From: Amphiscolops sp. MND2022 | Taxonomy: Eukaryota | DNA length: 64,000 nt | Direction of reading: 5' to 3' | NCBI GenBank assembly: GCA_964187785.1 | Contig: OZ076409.1 | Span: 55,244,001 to 55,308,000, forward strand | In this document: piece by piece, positions 1-10,689 of the stretch | Layout: each line of letters opens with the position of its first letter | How positions within the stretch are numbered: the stretch's first letter is position 1 | Notes under the pieces: generated by a model | The model's database searches: none | What the model saw: only the letters and a program-made list of their open reading frames with translations | Told to the model about the DNA's origin: nothing | Translations under genes and position numbers: made by a program

Positions 1-193
1 TCGCCCTCACTGTCGCAAGAAGGAGCTCCCACTACGATCGCTTCGCGATCTCCGTTCCCGCTAGGTCGTTGCTCCTGTTCGACCTCGCTTAGCAAGATGG
101 GAACTTGATCGCTCTGTTCTTGACCTCGTTCTTTTTCGAAAATAGCGGAAACAGCAAGATAAGCGATCATATGTTCAATTGCTACGTCTGAAT
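1..193 (-). CDS. Possible exon of a neighbouring gene, running off the window start
   Basis: Open minus frame (SDVAIEHMIAYLAVSAIFEKERGQEQSDQVPILLSEVEQEQRPSGNGDREAIVVGAPSCDSEG) after a TACAG acceptor; GC-richer than flanks; no recognisable domain. Confidence 0.3.
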
Positions 194-1007
194 CTGTATT
201 AAATTAAATTTTGTGGCAACTTTCGTCGTCGCTATCATGCTTGTATGTATCTTTGTATTTCAGATTAACTTTACATATTATTTCTATCTAGACAGATGTT
301 TAATCAGAAAAATCTCCAATTGATTCCATTGGTTCTTGAAAAGAAACTATTTTACAGTTTGTTATAAGTTTTGTTGATATAGATCTTATCAGCAACCTAA
401 ATATTGATAATATCGATGTTGTTAATTATGAATCTTTCCCGTATGAAGAGTCCTAATTAGGTGAGATTGATATACTCATCTAAACACGGATGGAGTGCAA
501 CTTAGGTCTCACCTGATGAAATCCCGTACCCTAGTGTAAAGGACCTGAACGTTTTAAAACTTTTTTACAATCTGAATGAAAGCATTTATGAAAATTGATA
601 AAAACTCGAGAAAAGACCATGCATGCACTTGAAAGAAGACTGTTTTCCTATCCTGATTGTCTATAGATAGGTATACTCGTTCATGAGAAGAACTTTTTTG
701 TCTGTAAACCCTCGCCACAATTATTGCTACACCTAAAAACTAACAAGAGCTATAGCTAAAAAATTGCTAAACAAAACGTTTCAGGTGAACAAATATGAGA
801 AGAGTAACAAAATTGCTGTATACAAAAAAGCCCAACAAAGATTTCAGGGTGAAATTTTTCTCACTCTGCTGATATGATCATCGGTAGAATTCGCCCGCTT
901 TAAACTTCACTGATTTCTGGGTTTGCACGTGGAATGTAGCACCACAACTTTGTTAACGTCATCGATTGGATCCACTAGTTTTCGGCAGCCTCGAAGCAAA
1001 AACCAGC

Positions 1008-1903
1008 TTTTTAGTCGGCGCTTTAATAATAATTAATAAAAGAGCCCGACTATTACAGTCACTCGTTTTTTTCTTTTTTTTTTAAGACAGACTAGAAGCG
1101 ACGAACGGTAAAATTAATGTTCAACTACTAATTACAGTACTAACAAAATACTGGCAGCGCATTTAAGATATTGCAAAGGGCCCCCTTTCAGTTAGTCCAT
1201 TTTTTTTGTAAGATACAAAACCGGACGAGACTATAGGGTCCCCCTTTGAGTTTTTTCGGCACTCTGTGACTTTTTTTCGAATTTTTTTGTCTCCAAAGGG
1301 TCCCCCTTTCAAGTTTCTTGATATTTTACAGCAAACTGAAGTTTCAAAAAGCCCAAAGGGTCTCCCCTTTCAAGTTTTTCGGCACTATGAGACTGGCTAA
1401 AAATTCTTATTTTTCGATTTTTCGTTTCCTTCTGGAAAATGTTCTTTAATGTCTCGAAAGGGTCCCCCCTTCAATTAATAAAAAGTTTTGTAACATAATA
1501 GATATTAAACAAACCCAAAGGGTCCCCTCTTTTAGATTTTTCGGCACTATGAGACTTTTCAAAATTGTCATTTTTTGTCTGAAATTAGGTTTTCTCAGTA
1601 TATATTTACCAAAAAATTTCTTCCAAAACTATCCGAAACTTGGACGTAATATCCTGAGTAAAACGCTATATCCGAATTTTTGACGTTATATCCGAATTAT
1701 ACTTCGTTTTACCAAGGGGGAGGCGGAGGCTGAAAAAGCGCTCCCATTTGAGCCAGCACGCAAAATCCGAAGTTTGAGATGTTACACCCTGCAACAAATT
1801 GCATTTTCAAAAAACCCAAAGGGTCCCCCCTTTTACAATTTCAAAAAGTTTGAGCTTTTTGAGCCTTAGATATGGCGCCGACTATAGACGTTCCCGTCTT
1901 GTT
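1008..1903 (+). mobile_element. Helentron/DINE-1-like non-autonomous element (AGACG-hairpin subfamily)
   Basis: T-run then AGTCGGCGC (1013-1021); inverted GCGCCGACT (1875-1883); hairpin AGACG-TTCC-CGTCT; ends TGTT; internal AAAGGGTCCCCC repeats. Confidence 0.8.
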
Positions 1904-2370
1904 AGTATAAAGACCTGGTACAATAAAAGGAACTATCTAGGATGCTGGAAACTTGAGTGAACATCTGGGAATTCCAGAGAAAAAGTGCAAAAAGCAAAAA
2001 ATCATTGTTGAACGTCATTTTTGACTGGTCAGAATTAACCTCTCGAACGCAAAGAAACAAACAGATTACAAACTGACTTGCGAACCGTGTCGAAACACTC
2101 TGAAACGTCGTTTCCTGGTCGTAATTTAGATCAAAAGATTATATTAAGCTCATTGTATTGAGACTCTACAAAACATGTGACAATGAAAAAACTGAACCTG
2201 TTGATTTTCCGGCGTTCTGAATGATTTTATTCGTTTTGCGAAACTATTGGTTCCGATGTTCACGAGCACTTAGTTTTATCTCTGTTTCGAAACAGCTGCA
2301 GTTTTCGAGAAAAACATTAAAACTCCGCAGATGTTTCAGAAGAGGGTTTGCGATCCAATTGAGATCATAG

Positions 2371-4055
2371 TGTCGTAGACTGCCACCTGTGACGGTAATC
2401 GATACCAGGTGGCTCCTAGTGACAACAACTTACCATTCATACCCTGTACTACCCCTGTACACGTAGTTCAAACTGGAGTACTACGCCTGTAATCACGGAA
2501 CCGTAGGTCCAATTGCCTATAAGTTTTAGACTTGAATTTGTTTGTTTTACATGTGTTATTTTAGAATATTGGCAAAAATTATGCAATATATGCTAGTGTT
2601 ATTGTAAACCAGGAATGAATTGTTGTAGCTTTTTAATTTAATATTCGATACAAGTACTGTAAAATAACTGAATGCAAAAAGGAAACGCGTTCGAAGTAAA
2701 AATTACTCTTGTCAACTCGACGTGCAGTCCCTGATGATTATTGACCATTCACGTGCTAGTATTCGTTAGGCGCTTGGACCGCCAGTCCAATATGCTGTAT
2801 TTGCTAATATTATGTAGTCAAGCGGGCTACAAGTCCGCCGTGCTGTATTACTCTCATATAGAGTATTAAGTAATCAAGTGCTCGTCATTCAAACCATTTC
2901 ATATAACTTGAAAGGCAGACAGCCTTCCAGTCGCTCCCATTCTATTTATAGATTCAGGGCCCAATCGATGCTATTTTAAGACATGACCTGAAAGTGACGT
3001 AATACTGAGGTCAACCCAAAGGGCTCTTTTAACCCAAATCAGTTACTATTTTTAGAAACATGATCATCATATGTTTGCTAGTCATGCACCATTTATTATG
3101 GATAGCTGAATCCCGTAGTAAGATGGACACAACTTTTGAATACGACGCTAAAAATCAGTAAACACAATTCGTTGCTCATTAGTGAAACTTTGCAATATTC
3201 TCGTTCTGTTTTACGTTCTCTCAGGTTGAATTCGGTTAACGAACAAAAGCTCGAATTTAACCTTTCTCCAGCATTCTACTTTTCAAATGCCCTCAACAAG
3301 GAAACAGAAAGCTGAGATGAAAAAGTCAAGACAATCGGACGTAATGTCCGACTCAGAAAATATGGATATAATGTTCAGAAATTACTCTAGAAATGACCTA
3401 TTCTGTCAGTCAGGTGAGAGAGAAACTCAAGGTGACCTTGAGTCCAACAAACTACAAACGGCTAATCCTACAAGTGAGGACTTTAGATCTTTGATCAAAA
3501 CAAGTAGTCAAGAAAACAGTAAATTTACCATGGAGACTGCGAGTAGGGACTGTGAGGAAGACTTGAAAACTCAGATTTTAGAAGTTATCAACTCAGCAAT
3601 TGCTGAAAAGGTGCTTCCCTGTATTCAGAATATTCTAGGAGTCCAAAAATCGGGATTGAATACCATGAGGACCATCAGTCCGGCAGACTAGACAGGAGTA
3701 CTGAAGATCATTCTAGCCATATGAATCACCGGTCCAGAATACTAAATGAGAGGCCCCGAGTCTGATTTAACCATATGGACCACCGGTCCAAGAGACTAAG
3801 CGAGGGCCCCAGAGATTACTCTGACCAAATGGTCCAACGGTCCGGTAGACAAGAAGGGAATCCTGGATGTCAATTCAGTCAAGTGAACCACAGGTCTAGG
3901 AGGCTAGACAGAAGCCCCAGATGTTATCCTGACCAGAAGTTTTGGTTAACAGGACCAGCAGGACAGCAACAAAGTAAACCCCAAATGTAGCAGTCATGTA
4001 GGTTTAAACCGGGAGATCTCAGTAGACTCCCTGGCTAGTGTACAAGATTGCGACA
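2371..4055 (+). mobile_element. Solo LTR (1685 bp) with internal gag-like ORF remnant
   Basis: TGTCG...CGACA termini; 5-bp TSD CATAG at 2366-2370 and 4056-4060; 5' end homologous to 19551. Confidence 0.85.
3287..4055 (+). pseudogene. Disrupted gag-like N-terminal ORF inside solo LTR, with 18-aa tandem repeats
   Basis: MPSTRKQKAEMKKSRQSDVMSDSENMDIM aligns with [28 protein letters not shown] at 20747; frameshifts and stops downstream. Confidence 0.6.
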
Positions 4056-4129
4056 CATAGCGACGCTTTCACCTTATCAACGATCCGTCTCTTTCTTAGT
4101 AATTTTGATGATTTTAAAATTAATATCTT

Positions 4130-5490
4130 ATATTTGACTGGTCCGCAGCTTATTGGTCGGAACAGATGATGCCTTTTGATGTTCCAATTTGACGGTGTCA
4201 AGGCGAGAGGGCAGTTCCTAAAAAAAGCTGTAGAATCTTCCTCTAGACAGGAAAAATCCACGTGTTTTTTCTTTCTGCTTCATCTTGCTCATTACTAAAT
4301 TTCAAACTTCCACGTGTCTCGTCAATTGTCGAACTCTTGTATGAGAAGATGATGATTTACGTTCGGAAATTTAAATTTATAAATGCCAAACAACTTGAAT
4401 TTTGTCAGAAACAAAATACAGTTGTTGCGATTGCTTCGGTTATCGAAGAAGTAAGATCCCCCTAGAAGGAAAAAATACCTACGTGTTGCGTATTCTTTGA
4501 TATCAAGAAAGCATTTGATACAACGTTTCATTCAATATTACTTAAGAAATTGGATAATTATGGCTTCTGAGGACCTATAAAGAATTTACTTAAGTCCTAT
4601 TGCAGTAATAGAGCTCAATATGATCAAATCGGTTCACAAGTGTCAGTTCCACTTGATACAGAGTGTGGTGTTCCCCAAGGGCCATTGTTCTTTATTTTAT
4701 ACGTGAACGATTTACCTTTGTGTGCGGATTCAAATTTCACCTTGTCCGCTGACGACACAACTATGTTAGAGAAAATTCCATCATTTGATCTTACTATATT
4801 GAAAAGATCCATAGGGAAAGTTTGTGGATGGACGAAATAGAATAAACGTAAATGTAATGTGGATAAATCTAAGGCAGGAGTCTTTGGTAACGAGGTACCA
4901 TCTGAATTGCGTCTTGGAGTCCATAACATTCTGATCAAACCGCAACTCAAATACTCAGAGATTGTGATTGGTGAGAAGTTGACAGTCAGTGATCATCCAG
5001 CAAGAGTTGTAAACAAATTGTTGTTTTGCAATTACACTGTTCTGAGAGCGAGAAATTTCCTAACAAGATTTTCATTGTTATACTCTTATAAAACGCACGT
5101 AAACCCAATTGTACAATACGGCGGGCGTCCTCATAAATGGATGTACGTCATATTCGAATCTTGATCCTGTTCTGTAGATCCAAAAACAAATAGTCAGGTC
5201 GAGATATGTTTTCTCCCTAAAGATGCCAGTTCTTAGTTGAGAATGATTTACCAACTGTTTACGAATTCCATGTACATGAGCTGCTAAAAACAATTAAAGT
5301 TCGTGAGATCTGAACATTTCCATAATAAAAAGACTGCTACCTCCAATTTAGTGATGTTGTCTTTGGACTTAGATCAGTCACTGAGGGGGAAGTACAGGAT
5401 CTCTTCGGAAAAACAAAAAAACCCGATCATTCATTATGCAAACGTGTACCTCAACTTAATAACAAGCTGGTAAAGGCTTCTATGTTACCA
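4130..5490 (+). pseudogene. Decayed LINE (CR1/L2-like) reverse transcriptase fragment
   Basis: RT motifs FFDIKKAFD, GVPQG(..)PLFFILYVNDLP and SADDTT, with stops and frameshifts; boundaries approximate. Confidence 0.8.
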
Positions 5491-6266
5491 TATACTCCTA
5501 TAAAACGCACGTAAACCCAATTGTACAATACGGCGGGCGTCCTAATAAATGGATGGAAAGTAGTCATCGCATTGGGTATGACGGGCCTAACCCAGCCTGC
5601 ACTATGCGGTGTCTGCTGGGGTCTCCCTTGTTAGGAACCATGCTCGAAGAAGGTACCGTATGCACTCTTCACACTTGGGTTGCATGGTTTTCTCTGGGAG
5701 TTCCCAGTAGACACCAGGTTCACCACACAAGGCATCTGTGTCTCCTATATTGGAAATACACCTAAGTGCAAAGTATCAAACGGTTCCTTACATACTTTAT
5801 TTAATTAAAAAATAATTAAAATGATTTAAAAAATGATAATCCTCGTATTTTTGTTATGATGTAATGAATTGCTTGTCATCAGGCTTCCGTTAAGTGCGTT
5901 TATGCCTTTGGAAGTATGTTCTGATGGTAAATGATTAGTATTTGCTTGCGTTTCTTTTCATTGAATAAGATAAATTCCATCATTAACAAGCTGTATGCTC
6001 TCCTTAAACAATGGAAAGTAAATAACACAATAATGACGGTTTCAGCGAGACTCAACTGCTAACTATTCCTCTTTGGACCAGTTGTTGAAGTACTCTAGCC
6101 AGGAACTGTGTGTTTAATGTTGTCCAGGAAATGATTTGATGTTGATCAAATTCGAATTTGATCCAAAATTTTGCTGAGAGATATTTTAAAGATTTGATCA
6201 GGTTGTGAAAATTGTTACTCTCGATTGAAGTGGAAGTGACTGTTGTCAAATTGAAATTACTTTAAT

Positions 6267-6717
6267 AACAAGCCGGGACCGGCCCAAGTCGGCGCCATTA
6301 ATAACGCTCAAAAATAGCTAAAGGACTTGTATTGGTTTACGAAAAAATTTTTGTTGTAAAAAGTCTCACAATGCCAAAAAACTGAAAGGGAGGACCCTTT
6401 AGGATTTTTCAACATCCATTCTGTTGCCAAACTTCAAAAAATTCAAAGGGGGACCCATTGGTGAAAAAAATTCAAAAAAGTCGCACAGGTCCGAAAAAAG
6501 TCTGAAGGGGGGACCCTTTGGTCTTGTCCGGTATTGTGTTACGCGGGAAACCTTTTTGGTTCAGTTCCTTGGGCCAACAGGCACAATTTGGCGTCTTCTC
6601 AAAGTTTTGTAGAATTTTGGTAGAACTATTTTGGTCACTTCAGATGGTCTTAAAAAACACTGACAAAAAGCTATGACTATAGTCGACTCTTTTTTCAGGA
6701 AAAGCGCCGACTGAAAA
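6267..6717 (-). mobile_element. Helentron-like non-autonomous element (GGCCG-hairpin subfamily)
   Basis: Reverse-complement termini AACAAGCCGGGACCGGCCCAAGTCGGCGC ... GCGCCGACT. Confidence 0.8.
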
Positions 6718-6912
6718 CTGATCTCAATTTTTACAAAGCTTCGTTGTCGATAACGTTGAAAAAACGTGCTGTTGGGCCAATTTTTAGATAATTATTCTCC
6801 GCCTCAACAATGTTTTGTGTAGGAGGGGGAACATCACCATCGGTGCAGCGTTTTCTTCCAAATTCTGCCAAATCCCCTCCTCATTACTCCATTTACGTAT
6901 GTGGATATTTTA

Positions 6913-6980
6913 GTCACCGTAGCTCAGTTGGTAGTGCGTCCGCAGATAGGAGGTTATCGGTTCAAACGCTGACTGGGCCC
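6913..6980 (+). mobile_element. tRNA-derived SINE head or tRNA pseudogene
   Basis: Pol III A-box TAGCTCAGTTGG and B-box-like GGTTCAAAC; no complete cloverleaf or anticodon arm. Confidence 0.5.
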
Positions 6981-7181
6981 TAAAAAACTGCGCTATATCC
7001 GAATTTTGACTTTGTAGCTGAAAATTTTGTTTTCTAGGGAGGAGGCAGATGTTTGGATCTCATCCGTTTCAATGTTTTGTATCCTTCTAAAATCGAAGAA
7101 AGCACGCTGTATCCGAATTTTGACGTTATAATTGAATGTAACTGCAAAAAACCTCTTACGACCAAACGGGTCCTCTCTTTG

Positions 7182-7776
7182 TTTTTTAGTCGGCGCTTCA
7201 TGAAGTGAAATGCGACTATTAGAGTGACTCTTCTTTCAATTTTTTTTCAATCCACACGAACTGACCAAAATAGTTCTTAAAAGTTCTACGAAATTTTATG
7301 GTCCCAAATTGAATCATTTGGCCTAGCGAACTGAACCAAAAAAGTTTTTCTTCTTTTTCCGCGTAACTTACAATACCGGGAGATACTAAAGTCCCCCTTT
7401 CAATTTTTTTTGGCATTCTGAGACTTTTTCCAAAAGTTGTTTTCGCCAAAGGGTCCCCCTTCAATTTTGTTAAATGTTATGCGACAGCATAGATGTTGAA
7501 AAAACCCAAAGGGTCCCCCTTTCAGTTTTTTCTGTATTGTCAGATTTTATTCGATTTTTTTTACCCAAAGGGTCACACCTTCAAGTTTTTTTGATAGTTG
7601 ACAACAATGGATGTCCGAAAAGGGTCACCCTTTTAGCGCCCCGGTGTGCCAATTCGGCCCAACTTCGTACTGTAAAAGAATACTTGACACTTTCAGGTAA
7701 TGTAAAAGAATACTTTACGTCCTTGCTATTTTTGAGCCTTAGATATGGCGTCGACTTATGCCGATCCCGGCTTGTT
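7182..7776 (+). mobile_element. Helentron-like non-autonomous element
   Basis: TTTTTTAGTCGGCGC ... GGCGTCGACTTATGCCGATCCCGGCTTGTT. Confidence 0.8.
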
Positions 7777-8776
7777 TTTGGTACTGTGAGTTTGTTTTCA
7801 TGGTAGCAAATGTACAGGAAAGACCAAAGGGTCTCCATTTGTTTTTTGGCACTGTGCAACATTTTTTCCAAAAGATTTTTCGGAAGCGGTCCTTCTTTTT
7901 TTAACAGAGTCAAAGCGTTTTCCGAGAATACTTGCCCCTTTAGAGTTTTTCGGCACCATGCCACTTGTCGAAAACAATTTTCCGAAAACAAATTGTTGAA
8001 AACAAAACCTCTTGAAAGTTTTTCAAATTCAATTTTTGTTTTTCGGTTGAAGAAAACCGTTTTCTATGCTTAAAGGCGTCGTCTTTGGTTATTTTCGGTC
8101 CTGTAGGATTGATGAGAGTTTTCTCAAAACCGTAGGTTCCATCGATAATGAGCGACTTTGTTCCAATAAAAAATTTCATTTCCGCGCCGTCAAAGGATAA
8201 CTTCCCCTGAAATTTCTAAAAACCTTTTGGCTCAGAAAAAGCGTTTTGCACTTTCAGAGGGTCTTCTTTTAGGTTTTTCGGCACTATGAGACTTTGTTTG
8301 ACAACAAAAAACGGATCATTTTGTCAATATTCGGTTTTTTTATGATTCAAGTTCAGGAAAAGCTATTTTCGAACCCAAAGGTACCACTCTGACACATCGC
8401 GGGCGCCAACTTGAGGAGTTCCGGTTTCTTTGCTTATTTGAGTAGTGAGGGAGGCTTTCGAGTTTCGCTTTCGTCATACTTGTTTGCAATACGAGTGTTG
8501 CGGAAAATATCCCGGTGCTTGGCGGGCGTCTTGTTTTCTCTTCAAGTGTGTAAATAAGGTTCCTTTCTCTCCGTCGAATTTCTAGAAGGGCAGTTTTGAG
8601 AACACGAAAAAGGGCCCTCAATTTGACGTATTCGGTGACCAACTTTTTGTATATGGAGGTGGAAATAGGTCCCTAGAAACAAATTGGCAAAATAGCATCG
8701 TCAAAAAAATTCGGTACCGATGCATGAGCAAAGTGAGTCTGGTTATAAACCACGGAGGAAAATATTCACGTTTCGA

Positions 8777-9306
8777 TTTTTAGTCGGCGCTTCATGAAGT
8801 GAAACGCGACTATTATAGTGGCTTTTCTTTTTTTTTCAATCCACACGAACTGACCAAAATAGTTCTTAAAAGTTCTACAAAATATTATTGCACCAAGTTG
8901 CACCATTTGGCCTAGCGAACTGAACCAAAAAGGTTTTTCCTGTTTTCCCGCGTAACATACCATACCGGGCGAGACCCCCTTTCAATTTTTTCAGCACTGT
9001 GAGACTTTTTTCGGAAAAATTTTTTCCCAAAGGGTCCCCCCTTCAATTTTATTGCTGTTTTGCGACAGAATAGATGTTGAAAAATCCCAAAGGGTCCCCC
9101 TTTCAGTTTTTCGGCATTGTGAGACTTTTTTTCTAAAATTTTTTCTCTTTAGCGCGCCAGGGGATCGCGCTAATGGGCCCCGGCGCGCCACTCGGTCTAT
9201 TTTTTTGGCTTTTCGATTTTAGAGTACTGTAAATTGACACTTGGAAGTCCTTTTGCTATTTTTGAGCCTTGGATATGGCGCCGACTTGGGCCGGTCCCGG
9301 CTTGTT
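8777..9306 (+). mobile_element. Helentron-like non-autonomous element
   Basis: TTTTTAGTCGGCGC ... GCGCCGACTTGGGCCGGTCCCGGCTTGTT; body closely similar to 18729-19404. Confidence 0.85.
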
Positions 9307-9435
9307 CAAATCTAAAGCAGTCATGCCATTCTAACTTACAAAGAATAACTCTTTCCATACAATATAACCACAATTGGTGAAGTAGTTAACGGCAGAAAAC
9401 TTTTCTTAGGACACCTCAGCACGGGGACGTAGAAA

Positions 9436-9825
9436 GTGACTCTCACAGTGCCAAAAAATCTAAAAGGTGGGATCCTTGTTGGAATTTTTAAAAATCTATT
9501 CTGTTGCAAAATATCAAAAAAATTGAAAGGGGGACACTTTGGGGAAAAAGTCTCGCAAAGTCAAAAACAGAGGGAAAAGTCTCATAGTGCCAAAAAAGTG
9601 GAATGGGGGACCCTTCTGCTTTTGAATAGAACTTCATGTAAGAGGTTTTGAATGTGTTCCAAGTCCAAAACAAAGGAGATGGTGTACTTAGAGATGGTAA
9701 AAGTGCACAGTCCAAACGAGTGCCAGTGCAGAAAAAGTGGACCATTCAGTGTGGTGTTTATGAAACAATTGATCCCTGTGATAGTCGGGCCTTTTTCTTT
9801 ACAAGAAAAGCGCCTACTACAAAGG
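9436..9825 (-). mobile_element. Truncated Helentron-like copy
   Basis: Degenerate 5' terminus (GATAGTCGGG...AAAAGCGCCTACT on plus) and family internal repeats; 3' end missing. Confidence 0.55.
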
Positions 9826-10617
9826 AAACAACGTCATTAAAAAATGCACTAATAGTCGTTTGTAACTGGCTCAAAACACTGATTTTAAAACCAATAATTT
9901 TGACAGCTTGTCCAAAAATGAACTCAAAGTCATTACAAATCGTATCACTCACATTTACATCGTCGACAATAAAGACCTGTTTGAAATATTTCACTAAATA
10001 GATTTTCCTAAGAACGCATTCTGAGACAACCAATAGTTTCCTTATTTCTCTAGTATTGGTTCTCAAGGCCACAATTCACCGAGGTGAACAGCTCTTCTGT
10101 GTACCGTTTTGGATGTTTTGTAAATTCTTTTCAAGTATTGTTTTATATCAAGGCATTCAAATTCGTCTTTCCTCCTCAGCCTTCTCAAATCATGCCTGCT
10201 GACGTCCTGGTTGAAAAAAATACCAAATTAATTTTTTTCTTCTCCTGATACCAAGAAAATAAACACTACATTGTTTTCAAGTATAGCACCGCAAGAAACA
10301 ATTGCTACGCAAAAACGTGTCAGTTGTGCTTGGCTCTGAAAACGCAACGTCATTAGTTTTTGCAGGTCAGCATTGAGAGGTACCGAGGGGTCAAGATATG
10401 AAATGGGTCAAGTTCCTTGGTTTATTGGGAAATTCCAAGTGCATAGGTGTCAGTTTTTCTGTTTAGATGAAAAACGTCATTAAACTGCGCCACTTCCATA
10501 AAACCAAGATTTGTCTTCTGGTATATTCGTGAGTTACGTTTTGAAAATATTATTGAGAATATGACGTCATGTGTTATGTCATCAATGCGTAGTGTTTTAG
10601 CATGAATGTTACGTCAT

Positions 10618-10689
10618 TTATCTCTGGGCCTCTACATTGATGCTGTCTTCGTTCAAGCTTCTGCAAGCGCAGGCAGTGATGAGATTCAT
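10618..10689 (-). CDS. Exon 29 (terminal): [23 protein letters not shown], supplies CxC of the cystine knot
   Basis: TTTTTAG acceptor, phase 0 matching the donor at 11290; TAA stop. Confidence 0.85.
   Translation of the reverse strand: MNLITACACRSLNEDSINVEAQR

Noticed and set aside
6913..6980. Functional tRNA gene
   Set aside because: No proper anticodon arm or paired acceptor stem.
6424..9750. Many 60-140 aa ORFs with [16 protein letters not shown] motifs (also at 18789-19628, 48625-49164 and 52368-53669)
   Set aside because: Chance translations of the non-coding Helentron-like repeats; frames and strands are inconsistent between copies.
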